Source: a virus
DNA: 64,000 nt
Virus record (IMG/VR): IMGVR_UViG_3300021963_000038
Location: 32,001-96,000 of that record
Reading direction: 5' to 3' (one strand)
Below are positions 9,323-19,066 of this stretch, piece by piece (the first letter of the stretch is position 1; the number at the start of each line of letters is the position of its first letter). The notes under the pieces are model-generated. The model was not told the DNA's origin. It did not search any database and worked only from the letters and a program-made list of their open reading frames with translations. The translations under genes were made by a program, and so were the position numbers.

Positions 9323-11005
9323 ATGAATAATCATGGGTATTTGGGAAATAGTTCATTAAAAAGAACTGAGGTTCAACTTTCATACACAGAAGAACAAGTT
9401 TTAGAACTTGCCAAATGTGCGGAAGACCCTACCTATTTCATTGATAACTACTGTTACATAGTAACACTAGACCACGGTTTACAACCTTTTAAATTATACG
9501 ATTGCCAAAAAGAAAAGATAAAAGTTATACATGATAATCGAAAAGTTATTATTATGGAAGGCCGTCAACAAGGTAAAACTTCCACATCTGCCGCCTACAT
9601 TCTTTGGTACACATTATTTCAAGATTCAAAAACTGTCGCAATTCTTGCCAATAAGGCAACTACAGCTCGTGAAATTATTTCACGATATCAATTGATGTAT
9701 GAAAATCTTCCTTTGTGGATGCAACAAGGTATTAAAACTTGGAACAAAGGTGATGTGGAATTAGAAAACGGTTCAATCGTTTTTACTGCTGCAACAACTG
9801 GTGCAGGTATTCGTGGTAAATCTGTAAACTTATTGTATATTGATGAAGCCGCAATTATTCCTAATACGATTGCAGAAGCGTTTTTTACTGCTGTCTATCC
9901 TGTTATTTCTGCTGGTCAAACAACTAAGATTCTTATCACATCCACTCCACTAGGTTACAATCACTTTTGGAAGTTTTGGAATGATGCAATGAATAAAAAC
10001 AATGACTTTGTGCCATTGTTTATTCCATACAACAGAATTCCAGGTCGTGATGAGAAGTGGGCACTAGAACAGAAACGCCAACTTGGTGAGTTGAAATACA
10101 ACCAAGAGGTTCTGTGTAAGTTCCTTGGTTCATCTTTGACTTTGATTGATGCTGCAACGATTGAGTATATGTCAACATTACCGACTGTATACTCTAAAGA
10201 TGGTTTAGATTTGTATGAGTATCCAGTCAAAGCCGAAAGAGATGATGAAGAAGTTTTGGTCAAGAAACCACACACTTATGTTATCGTTGCAGATACGGCT
10301 CAAGGTGTTGGCGGAGACTATTCAGCTTTTGTAATTATTGATATCGCAGAAGTACCCTATAAGTTAGTGGGTAAATACAGAGATAATAAGATTGCACCTA
10401 TGCTATATCCTTCGGTTATACATAAGGTAGCGAAAGATTTTAACAATGCATATGTTTTACTTGAGGTTAACACAAGTGAACAGGTTGCATATATTTTACA
10501 ATCAGAATTGGAATATGAAAATATTCTATATGTCACCAAAACTGGTAAAGGTCAGAAAGTAACTGGTGGTTTTGGTGGTGCGGGTAGAACAAGTTTTGGC
10601 GTTGTTACTGACAAAAGAGTAAAACGCATTGGTTGTTTTACGTTTAAATCATTAATTGAAGAAAAGAAATTACTGATTCCTGATGCCGATGTGATATCGG
10701 AACTATCGACTTTTATTGAATATCGTGGTTCATATCAAGCGGATGATGGTTATCACGATGATTTGGTGATGCCTTTAGTCTTGTTTAGTTGGTTGACAAC
10801 TAATCCTTACTTCAAAGACTTAAACGATGTTAATATTCGTGAGGCAATGTATCAAGAGAGAATTAAACAAATAGAAGAAGATGTTATACCCTTTGGTTTT
10901 TTGAGTGATGGCCAAGATATGGAATATGAGGTGGATAGCGGAGATGCTTGGACAAAAGAAGATTCCAAGCCTTTACCACCAGGTTACTTATCTTCAAGTT
11001 TGTAA
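9323..11005 (+). CDS. gp17: terminase large subunit gp17
   Basis: Walker A GRQQGKT, LYIDEAA, ITSTPLG, RNase H-like domain ending HDDLVM. Confidence 0.96.
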   Translation: MNNHGYLGNSSLKRTEVQLSYTEEQVLELAKCAEDPTYFIDNYCYIVTLDHGLQPFKLYDCQKEKIKVIHDNRKVIIMEGRQQGKTSTSAAYILWYTLFQDSKTVAILANKATTAREIISRYQLMYENLPLWMQQGIKTWNKGDVELENGSIVFTAATTGAGIRGKSVNLLYIDEAAIIPNTIAEAFFTAVYPVISAGQTTKILITSTPLGYNHFWKFWNDAMNKNNDFVPLFIPYNRIPGRDEKWALEQKRQLGELKYNQEVLCKFLGSSLTLIDAATIEYMSTLPTVYSKDGLDLYEYPVKAERDDEEVLVKKPHTYVIVADTAQGVGGDYSAFVIIDIAEVPYKLVGKYRDNKIAPMLYPSVIHKVAKDFNNAYVLLEVNTSEQVAYILQSELEYENILYVTKTGKGQKVTGGFGGAGRTSFGVVTDKRVKRIGCFTFKSLIEEKKLLIPDADVISELSTFIEYRGSYQADDGYHDDLVMPLVLFSWLTTNPYFKDLNDVNIREAMYQERIKQIEEDVIPFGFLSDGQDMEYEVDSGDAWTKEDSKPLPPGYLSSSL

Positions 11006-11056
11006 AAAACTAAATAGTGTATAAAGAAAAATTGACCCATAACTAAGGAGAAATCC

Positions 11057-12961
11057 ATGGCATTTCAGCTATCACCTGGGGTAAATGTATCAGAAATTGA
11101 CCTGACTACAATCGTACCCTCAGTCGCTACTTCAATTGGCGGCATCGCTGGAAATTTTAACTGGGGTCCAGTTAGTGAAGTTGTTACCGTATCAGACGAG
11201 GTTCGCCTTGCCTCTGCATTTGGTAAACCTGACAATACAAATTATGAATACTGGTTCTCAGCAGCAAATTTCTTAGCTTATTCAAATAACCTAAAAGTTG
11301 TTCGTGCCGCAAACACGACTTCCACTCTTAACGCTACAGCCAATGGCTCTGGTGTTTTGATTAAAAACTCTGACGATTATATTGCTAATCGTGAAACTGC
11401 ATCTAATACTACTTACGGACCTTTTGGTGCTCGTTGTGCTGGTGCTTTAGGTAACAGTTTGCGTATTTCAATTTGCCCATCAGCACAAGCATATTCTGCC
11501 AACTTAACTGTTACAGATACTCTAAGATGTAATGCTGTTACAAGTGGTGACACCACAATCAATGTTAATGGTAATGCTAATGCTGCCGCTAACATTTTTG
11601 CTGGAGATTTAATCTCTGTTGATGGTGGAACAACATATATTCGTGTTGCCTCTGTTAACGCAACTGCAATTATTACTGCAACTGCACCAGGTACTGTCAA
11701 TGTTGGTACAGCAATTCTCCGTAGATGGCAATATGCTGACCAGTTTGGTGTTGCACCAGGCACATCATCATATACTTCTGGTTTAGGTGGTTCTGGTGAT
11801 GAAATGCACGTTATTGTTGTTGACGAAGATGGTCAATTCTCAAATGGTGTTGCTAATACAGTTCTTGAAAAATATGCGTTTGTATCTAAAGCATCTGATG
11901 CACAGAACAATGATGGTTCTTCAAACTACTATAAGACAATTATCAATAACCAATCAAGATATGTTTGGTGGTTAACACATCAACCAGGTGGTTCTAATTG
12001 GGGAACAACTGCTGTTTCTAAAACATTTACCAACATTAATACACCATTTTCTGCATCAATGAGTGCGGGTGCTGATGGTACAATTGGTAACTCAGAAATT
12101 ATTACTGCATACGGATTCTTTGCAAATGCCGATGTTGTGGATGTTTCATTGTTAATTTCTGGTCCAGGTAATGCAACTGTTGCAGCTGACTTAATTTCTA
12201 AAGTAGAAAGTCGTAAAGATACTGTTCTGTTTTTATCACCAACAAAATCTTCTGTTGTAAACAATGCTGGTTCTGAAGCAACATCTATTCTTTCATTCCG
12301 TTCAGGATTGACAAGTTCTTCATATGCATTTATGGATTCTGGTTACAAATATCAATACGACCGCTATAACGATGTGTACCGTTGGGTACCGTTGAATGGT
12401 GATATTGCTGGTATTTGTGCTCGTACAGACCAAGAACGTGACCCATGGTTCTCTCCAGGTGGTTTAAATCGTGGTATCGTTAAGAATTCAATTAAACTAG
12501 CATACAACCCAACTAAAGCAGAACGTGATAACTTGTATGTACAAGGTGTTAATCCTGTTGTTACATTTGCTGGTGAAGGTACAATTCTATTTGGTGACAA
12601 AACATTGTTAAGCAAACCATCTGTGTTTGACCGTGTCAATGTTCGCCGTCTATTCATTGTACTTGAAAAGACGATTGCTCGTGCTGCTCGTAGTTCATTG
12701 TTTGAATTTAACGACCAGTTTACTCGTGCTCAATTCGTTAACTTAGTTGAACCATTCTTGCGTGATGTTCAAGGTCGCCGTGGTCTAACTGATTACCGTG
12801 TTGTTTGCGATGAGTCTAACAACACAGCCAATGTAATTGATGCTAACCAATTTGTTGGTGACATTTACATTAAACCAGCCCGTTCAGTCAACTTCATTCA
12901 ACTTAACTTTGTGGCAGTTCGCACAGGCGTTACATTTGAAGAAATTGTTGGTCGGTTCTAA
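11057..12961 (+). CDS. gp18: tail sheath protein gp18
   Basis: MAFQLSPGVNVSEID, PWFSPGGLNRG, FDRVNVRRLF, IYIKPARSVNFI. Confidence 0.96.
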   Translation: MAFQLSPGVNVSEIDLTTIVPSVATSIGGIAGNFNWGPVSEVVTVSDEVRLASAFGKPDNTNYEYWFSAANFLAYSNNLKVVRAANTTSTLNATANGSGVLIKNSDDYIANRETASNTTYGPFGARCAGALGNSLRISICPSAQAYSANLTVTDTLRCNAVTSGDTTINVNGNANAAANIFAGDLISVDGGTTYIRVASVNATAIITATAPGTVNVGTAILRRWQYADQFGVAPGTSSYTSGLGGSGDEMHVIVVDEDGQFSNGVANTVLEKYAFVSKASDAQNNDGSSNYYKTIINNQSRYVWWLTHQPGGSNWGTTAVSKTFTNINTPFSASMSAGADGTIGNSEIITAYGFFANADVVDVSLLISGPGNATVAADLISKVESRKDTVLFLSPTKSSVVNNAGSEATSILSFRSGLTSSSYAFMDSGYKYQYDRYNDVYRWVPLNGDIAGICARTDQERDPWFSPGGLNRGIVKNSIKLAYNPTKAERDNLYVQGVNPVVTFAGEGTILFGDKTLLSKPSVFDRVNVRRLFIVLEKTIARAARSSLFEFNDQFTRAQFVNLVEPFLRDVQGRRGLTDYRVVCDESNNTANVIDANQFVGDIYIKPARSVNFIQLNFVAVRTGVTFEEIVGRF

Positions 12962-12985
12962 TAAATAGAGAGATAGGAGAAAAAA

Positions 12986-13531
12986 ATGGCATTTAATGTA
13001 AACGAATTCCGCTCTCAGATGGTAGGAGACGGTGCTCGCCCAAATTTATTTGAGGTGAGTATGCCGTTTCCTGGCTTTTCACAGCCTGGAGATGCACAGA
13101 GAAAATTAACTTTCATGTGTAAAACGGCTCAACTACCCGGTTCAACCATTGGTGTTGTACCTGTTCAATACTTTGGCCGTGAATTAAAATTTGCGGGTAA
13201 TAGAACATTCACAGATTGGACAATTACAGTTATCAATGATGAAGATTTTGTGATTCGCAATGCTTTCGAGCGTTGGATGAATGGCATCAATAGTCATAGT
13301 CTTAATATTCGTAACCCATTAGCATCAGCACCAGGTGGTTACACCGTTGATGCAGATGTAACTCAATTTGGCAAACAAGGTGATACACTAAAGAAATATC
13401 GTTTTCTTGGTTTATTTCCTCAAGATATTGCACCAATTGATGTTGATTGGGGTTCTAACGATACTATTGAAGAATTCACCATCACGCTTTCCTACCAATG
13501 GTGGGAAGCAACAGCAGACCAAGTGGCTTGA
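12986..13531 (+). CDS. gp19: tail tube protein gp19
   Basis: GARPNLFEV, FAGNRTFTDWTITVINDEDF, IEEFTITL. Confidence 0.95.
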   Translation: MAFNVNEFRSQMVGDGARPNLFEVSMPFPGFSQPGDAQRKLTFMCKTAQLPGSTIGVVPVQYFGRELKFAGNRTFTDWTITVINDEDFVIRNAFERWMNGINSHSLNIRNPLASAPGGYTVDADVTQFGKQGDTLKKYRFLGLFPQDIAPIDVDWGSNDTIEEFTITLSYQWWEATADQVA

Positions 13532-13533
13532 TG

Positions 13534-13569
13534 AAAGGGGGGTCCTACGACCTCCCTTTTTACTTTTTT
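13534..13569 (+). terminator. rho-independent terminator after gp19
   Basis: aaaggggggtc-ctac-gacctcccttt stem followed by T-tract. Confidence 0.75.
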
Positions 13570-13583
13570 AGGATGAATTTTTA

Positions 13584-15218
13584 ATGGCAATAAAACTATT
13601 CGGTTTCACACTCGGTAAAAAGGACATTGTTCAGGTTGAAAAACCTGAGCAAGCTTCTTTTGCGCTTCCGACAGAAGCAATCGATGATGGTGCAGTCACC
13701 ATCACTCAAAATGCTCATTACGGTACCTATGTTGACTTAGATGGTGCTGTTCGTAATGAGATTGAACTTATTACCCGTTATCGTGAAATGTCAAATCACC
13801 CTGAGTGTGATATGGCAATTGATGAAATTGTTAATGAAGCAATTAGTCATACAGAAAAAGGTGAAGTTTTAAAAATTGTTTTAGACAATTTAAAACAACC
13901 TGAAACAATTAAGAAAAAAATTATTGAAGAATTCAACAACATTCAAAAGATGTTGAACTTCAGTAATCTTGCCGATGATTTATTCAAGCGTTGGTACATT
14001 GATGGTCGTATCTATTATCATGTCATCGTCAATGAAAAAGACCCAAAACAAGGCATTCAAGAATTACGATATATTGACCCACGCAAGATTCGTAAAGTGC
14101 GTGAGGTTCAAAAAGAACGTGACCCAAAAACTGGTGCCAACATTATTAAATCGTTGGCTGAATACTATGTTTACAATGACCGTGGTACAACGACACAAAC
14201 ATTTAGTGCAAACGTAACACAAGGTTTGCGTATTGCACCTGAAGCAATCATTAATGTAAACTCAGGTTTGATGGATGCAAAGAATGTGTTCGTCATTTCT
14301 TATCTACACAAAGCAATTAAGGCACTTAATCAATTACGAATGATTGAAGATGCGGTAGTTATCTATCGTATATCAAGAGCACCTGAACGCCGCATATTCT
14401 ATATTGATGTTGGTAATTTACCAAAAGGTAAAGCTGAACAATATATCCGTTCTATTATGATTCAGTATCGTAACAAATTAGTTTATGATGCAAGCACTGG
14501 CGAGATTAGAGATGAGCGTAAACATATGTCTATGCTTGAAGATTTCTGGTTACCACGGCGTGAAGGTGGTAAAGGTACAGAGATTACTACACTACCAGGC
14601 GGACAAAACCTTGGTGAAATGGAAGATGTGAAATACTTCCAAAAGAAATTATTAAATGCATTAAATGTACCTGTATCTCGTTTAGAACCAAATGATGGTG
14701 GAGTTATGGGTCTTGGTCGCACAACTGAAGTTACCCGTGATGAAGTTAAGTTTGCTAAGTTTGTTAACAGACTTCGTAATAAGTTTTCACAGATTTTTGA
14801 CCATGCATTGAGAATTCAACTTGTACTAAAAGGTGTTTGTACCAGTGAAGAATGGGAAGAATTCAGAGAAGAAATCTATTATGATTTCATCAAAGATAAT
14901 AACTTTACCGAAATGCGTGATGCAGAATTGCTCCGTGAAAGAGTAAATACAGCAACAATGTTAGACCCATTCATTGGTCGTTATTATTCAGCAGCATGGG
15001 TTCGTAAGAATGTGTTGCAAATGACTGATGAAGAAATTGAACAAATGGAAAAAGAAATTGAAGAAGAAGGTCCAGTTGTACAACCAGGTGATGAACAAGC
15101 ACAACAAGGGCAAGTTCCACCAGAAGATAATACCATGGAAAGAACACCTTCTGAATCTGCAACACCAGAATTAGATGCAGAGGTAGAGAAGTCTGCACTT
15201 AATATAAATAGGAAATAA
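13584..15218 (+). CDS. gp20: portal vertex protein gp20
   Basis: YRISRAPERRIFYIDVGNLPKGKAEQY, MLEDFWLPRREGGKGTEITTLPGG. Confidence 0.97.
   Translation: MAIKLFGFTLGKKDIVQVEKPEQASFALPTEAIDDGAVTITQNAHYGTYVDLDGAVRNEIELITRYREMSNHPECDMAIDEIVNEAISHTEKGEVLKIVLDNLKQPETIKKKIIEEFNNIQKMLNFSNLADDLFKRWYIDGRIYYHVIVNEKDPKQGIQELRYIDPRKIRKVREVQKERDPKTGANIIKSLAEYYVYNDRGTTTQTFSANVTQGLRIAPEAIINVNSGLMDAKNVFVISYLHKAIKALNQLRMIEDAVVIYRISRAPERRIFYIDVGNLPKGKAEQYIRSIMIQYRNKLVYDASTGEIRDERKHMSMLEDFWLPRREGGKGTEITTLPGGQNLGEMEDVKYFQKKLLNALNVPVSRLEPNDGGVMGLGRTTEVTRDEVKFAKFVNRLRNKFSQIFDHALRIQLVLKGVCTSEEWEEFREEIYYDFIKDNNFTEMRDAELLRERVNTATMLDPFIGRYYSAAWVRKNVLQMTDEEIEQMEKEIEEEGPVVQPGDEQAQQGQVPPEDNTMERTPSESATPELDAEVEKSALNINRK
15203..15210 (+). 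promoter_or_regulatory. T4-type late promoter TATAAATA
   Basis: Exact consensus at the end of gp20. Confidence 0.7.
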
Positions 15219-15400
15219 TGGAGAACAATATGACAAGTTTTATTGACCAGATTGCAACAGGCGATGCGCTTGGTGCAAAAAACACCATGTCTGATATGTT
15301 ATCAGCCAAGGCTTTTGAAGCATTAGATGCTCGTAAACAAGAATTAGCTGCATCACTATTTGGTGGTGAGAAAAAAGAAGAAGAAACTTCAGAACAATAA
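15218..15400 (+). CDS. small prohead-region protein (gp67-like position)
   Basis: 60 aa, acidic tail, located between gp20 and the core genes. Confidence 0.55.
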   Translation: MENNMTSFIDQIATGDALGAKNTMSDMLSAKAFEALDARKQELAASLFGGEKKEEETSEQ

Positions 15401-16506
15401 TGAAATCTCTACAAGACTTTAAGACTCTTTTAGAAGAAGAAAAATCAGACTATTCTAAGTTTGATGTTTTGGTTCGTGCTGGTCTTGCCAATAAGGCACA
15501 GATGCAACGTATTCACAAAATCTTAGATAAGATGGGTGAAGAAAAACCAACATTCAACAATGCAGATAGAATGATTATTCAAAATTTGTTTAACAAGATG
15601 GTAGATGTTATTACCAATAACAAACAGATTTATCAAAAGACTCGACAAGTTGTTAGAGAAAATATTGAAGAAGAAATTGAAGAACCAATTATTCTTCAAG
15701 AAGATAAAGACCCACCATTAGTGTTGGTTATAAAGCGTAAAGCAATTCGTATGTATCCAGATGGTACAAGAATTGCTTTATATTATAATGAACGATTACA
15801 AAAATATTTTTCCGTACCTTACCAATATGGTTCAGGTATGGATGCACCAATACAATCTGAAGAAGTTGAACAGATTGATGAACTATCTTCAAATTTATTA
15901 GACCGTTACAAAGAAAAAGCAAAAAAATCTTCTGATAGTTTAGCTTCTCAAGGTAAATATAAACAAGCTAATGATAGAACATTAAATGTTATGAAAGCAA
16001 CGGGTAAGCAGATTGAAAAAACTACTGCTAATATCCGTAAACATTTAAACAAAGAAGAAGTTGAATTAGAAGAAGCTTCTAACGATCCTTGGAAAGATAA
16101 ACATTTTGGTCCAACTAAAATAATCAAACAAAAATATCATGTTAAGACTGATACTAAGTCATATAATGTTAAAGCAGATAATGAAGACCATGCACACAAA
16201 CTGGTAACTAATCATGCTCCTGGTTCTAAGATTGTTTCTATTGAGCATAAAGGTCGCATAATGGAAGAAACAATAGATGAAGCGGTAATGGACACACTAC
16301 ATAAGATAGTAGATAATAAATCGGCACAGTCTGTTAAGTTTGCATCTGGTCATACTCGTAAGGTAGACCACTTTACTGCATCTGCAATCACTCAAGTGCA
16401 TAAAGCATTGAATGATGAGAACAAGAAAAAATTTGCTGATATGGTTCATAAATCACCAGAACATTTTATGAAAGCATCTGATTTTGCTTTCAAACGTGCA
16501 AAATGA
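15400..16506 (+). CDS. putative head-internal modular protein
   Basis: CTS-like N-terminus MKSLQDFKTLLEE; modules separated by EEVEQIDE/EEVELEE/EETIDE linkers. Confidence 0.55.
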   Translation: MKSLQDFKTLLEEEKSDYSKFDVLVRAGLANKAQMQRIHKILDKMGEEKPTFNNADRMIIQNLFNKMVDVITNNKQIYQKTRQVVRENIEEEIEEPIILQEDKDPPLVLVIKRKAIRMYPDGTRIALYYNERLQKYFSVPYQYGSGMDAPIQSEEVEQIDELSSNLLDRYKEKAKKSSDSLASQGKYKQANDRTLNVMKATGKQIEKTTANIRKHLNKEEVELEEASNDPWKDKHFGPTKIIKQKYHVKTDTKSYNVKADNEDHAHKLVTNHAPGSKIVSIEHKGRIMEETIDEAVMDTLHKIVDNKSAQSVKFASGHTRKVDHFTASAITQVHKALNDENKKKFADMVHKSPEHFMKASDFAFKRAK

Positions 16507-16937
16507 AATTTGTAGAACTTATTGCAGAGAATAAACTAACAGAAGCCAAAGCATTTATATTTGAGCGTCTTGAGCAAATGATTGCTGCAAGATTAGAGGC
16601 AGAAAAAGTTGCCATAGTAAATGATACATATGAATGGGTTGAAGAAGAATTAGATGAAGCAAATGTGATGAGAATGGGTAGAATCACTAAGATTCGCCGT
16701 AGAATTAGAAGAAATGCAAAAGGTAGAATAGTTGTTCAAAAGAATGTACGAAAGTCTGCCATTAAAGGATATAAGTTGGCTGGTAACCGAGTTGTTCGTA
16801 TACCAACCATACAGAGATTACAGAAATCTAGAAAACTTAAGCGGTACTGGAAAACAAAAGGAAAAGCAAAGTTGCGTAGAACATTAATGAAGCGCAGCAT
16901 TTCTTTGAAGCGCCGCAAATCAATGGGAATAAGATAA
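16503..16937 (+). CDS. basic prohead core protein (gp68-like)
   Basis: Acidic N-terminus, very Arg/Lys-rich C-terminal half, upstream of gp21. Confidence 0.65.
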   Translation: MKFVELIAENKLTEAKAFIFERLEQMIAARLEAEKVAIVNDTYEWVEEELDEANVMRMGRITKIRRRIRRNAKGRIVVQKNVRKSAIKGYKLAGNRVVRIPTIQRLQKSRKLKRYWKTKGKAKLRRTLMKRSISLKRRKSMGIR

Positions 16938-16938
16938 C

Positions 16939-17301
16939 ATGGCATACGAAATTATAAACACTACAAGAGGCAGCTCGATTGTTCGAGTTGTGGATGCTAG
17001 CACAGCCAATCTTGCACTCACTCAATTCAGAGGTAATCCAACAACTGAAACAGTTAGTGGCCTTACTATTCGTAAATTGAATTGGTCAACTAATGGTAGT
17101 ATTGAAGTAACTCGTGATGGTGCTCAATTATTTAAATTATCAGGTTCAGGTGAGATGCGCCTTGATGATTACGGTGGCGCAGTTGCTAATACAGCATCGG
17201 GCAATCTTTCAGTCCAAATTTTTACTGGTGGATGTATTGTTATGGAAGTTTCAAAAACAGCTACATATAATGTAGACCCATATACAGGACAATCCGTATG
17301 A
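16939..17301 (+). CDS. hypothetical head-module protein
   Basis: 120 aa ORF coupled to gp21. Confidence 0.55.
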   Translation: MAYEIINTTRGSSIVRVVDASTANLALTQFRGNPTTETVSGLTIRKLNWSTNGSIEVTRDGAQLFKLSGSGEMRLDDYGGAVANTASGNLSVQIFTGGCIVMEVSKTATYNVDPYTGQSV

Positions 17302-17948
17302 AACTAATTAGAGAAAACATTGAAGAAGTAAAATTCTTAACTGAAGCCACAGAAAATGGCAAAAAGAACTTGTATATTACAGGTCCTTTTCTCGTATATG
17401 ATAAGCCAAATAAAAATAATCGTATGTACACCAAAGACATTCTAAGTAATGAAGTTAAAAGGTACAACGAAGAATATGTAAAAACTAACCGTGCGCTTGG
17501 AGAACTTGGACATCCAGACACACCATCTATTAACCTTGAAAGAGTTTCACATAAGATTGTCGAATTAACAGACAACGGGGAAGCGTTCATTGGTAAGGCG
17601 TTGATTCTTGATACACCATATGGTCAAATTGTTAAAAACTTTATGGATTCTGGTGTAAACCTTGGAGTATCTTCTCGTGGTATGGGTTCATTACAACCAA
17701 CCAAAGAAGGTTACAACATTGTTCAAGATGATTTTCGTTTAGCTACAGCTGCTGATATCGTTGCGGATCCATCTGCACCAGGAGCTTTCGTTAACGGTAT
17801 CATGGAGAATAAAGAATGGTTGTTTGTCGAAGGTCGTTTTGTTGAAGTTGATATAGATAACGCAAAAAGACAAATTAGACAAGCATCACGAAAAGATATT
17901 GAACAGGTTGCCCTCAACTTGTTTGAAAATTTCATCAGAAAACTTTAA
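17298..17948 (+). CDS. gp21: prohead core protease gp21
   Basis: ALGELGHPD, VSHKI, LGVSSRGMGS, DIVADPSAPGAFV. Confidence 0.96.
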   Translation: MKLIRENIEEVKFLTEATENGKKNLYITGPFLVYDKPNKNNRMYTKDILSNEVKRYNEEYVKTNRALGELGHPDTPSINLERVSHKIVELTDNGEAFIGKALILDTPYGQIVKNFMDSGVNLGVSSRGMGSLQPTKEGYNIVQDDFRLATAADIVADPSAPGAFVNGIMENKEWLFVEGRFVEVDIDNAKRQIRQASRKDIEQVALNLFENFIRKL

Positions 17949-17951
17949 TTT

Positions 17952-17959
17952 TATAAATA
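17952..17959 (+). promoter_or_regulatory. T4-type late promoter TATAAATA
   Basis: Exact consensus upstream of gp22, followed by a TAAGGAG RBS. Confidence 0.75.
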
Positions 17960-17981
17960 AGAAATCATAAGGAGATTCCTA

Positions 17982-19049
17982 ATGGCATCAAACAAACTAT
18001 TTGAGGCAGCCGCAGACATTCTTGCAGGAAGCAAGAAATCAGCATCAGCTATGCCTCCAGAAAAACTTCCAGGTCAAGTCGTTGACGCTGGTGGTCCAAC
18101 ACCACAGAATTATAAGAATGATGATAATTCTGCGAAAATTAATCCATCAGATGGTGCACCAGGTAATGCTCAAGCACCAACAACAAAGCCTTCAGACGCT
18201 TCTCCTGACAAGCAAGAAATGCTTGGCAAGGGCAAGACGACTATGAAAGAAGAAGAAATTGTTGAAATGCACGATGATGCAGCAGAAGATAAAGCAATGA
18301 TGAAGAAAATGAAAATGAAAGAAAAAATGAAAGAGGACATTGATGCTCTCTTTGCAGATGATTCTACCATTTCAGAAGAATTTAAAGGCAAAGTTGCCAC
18401 AATTTTTGAAGCTCGTGTTTCTGACCGAGTTGCACAAATTGAAGAAGAAACAGAAACACGTTACGCTGGTATGCTCGAAGAAGCTGTTGAATCAATTAAA
18501 AATGATTTGACAGAAAAAGTTGATGACTACCTATCGTATGTTGTTGAACAATGGATGGATGACAACCAAATTGCTATTGAATCTGGTTTGCGTTCTGAAA
18601 TTACAGAAGAATTTATTTCAGGTTTGCGTAACCTGTTTGCAGAACATTACATTGATGTTCCTGCTGAAAAAGTCGACCTTGTTGGTGAGTTAGCTGGTAA
18701 AGTTGAAGAACTTGAAGCTTCTCTCAATGAAGAAATCGAGCGTGGTATTCAAACTAAAAAAGCTTTAGTAGAAGCCCGCAAAAATGAAATCACTCATGTT
18801 GTTTGCGAAGGTCTCACAGCAACTCAAGTTGAAAAAATCAAATCACTCGCAGAGAGTGTTGAATTCTCCACAGAGGACGAATACAAAGAAAAACTTGAAA
18901 CAATTCGTGAGAACTATTTCCCATCTGGTACCAAGCGTGCTGATGAAAAACAGTTACATGAGGAATTAGGCGATGCAGAAGATAAAAAGGTGTCATCTGA
19001 CCCATTTGTCAATGCAGTCGCAAACGCAATTTCTAAAACAAAACTCTAA
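17982..19049 (+). CDS. gp22: prohead core scaffold protein gp22
   Basis: SEEFKGKVATIFEA, KVDDYLSYVVEQW, LFAEHYIDVP; synteny. Confidence 0.92.
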   Translation: MASNKLFEAAADILAGSKKSASAMPPEKLPGQVVDAGGPTPQNYKNDDNSAKINPSDGAPGNAQAPTTKPSDASPDKQEMLGKGKTTMKEEEIVEMHDDAAEDKAMMKKMKMKEKMKEDIDALFADDSTISEEFKGKVATIFEARVSDRVAQIEEETETRYAGMLEEAVESIKNDLTEKVDDYLSYVVEQWMDDNQIAIESGLRSEITEEFISGLRNLFAEHYIDVPAEKVDLVGELAGKVEELEASLNEEIERGIQTKKALVEARKNEITHVVCEGLTATQVEKIKSLAESVEFSTEDEYKEKLETIRENYFPSGTKRADEKQLHEELGDAEDKKVSSDPFVNAVANAISKTKL

Positions 19050-19066
19050 AAATTAGGAGATAGTAT

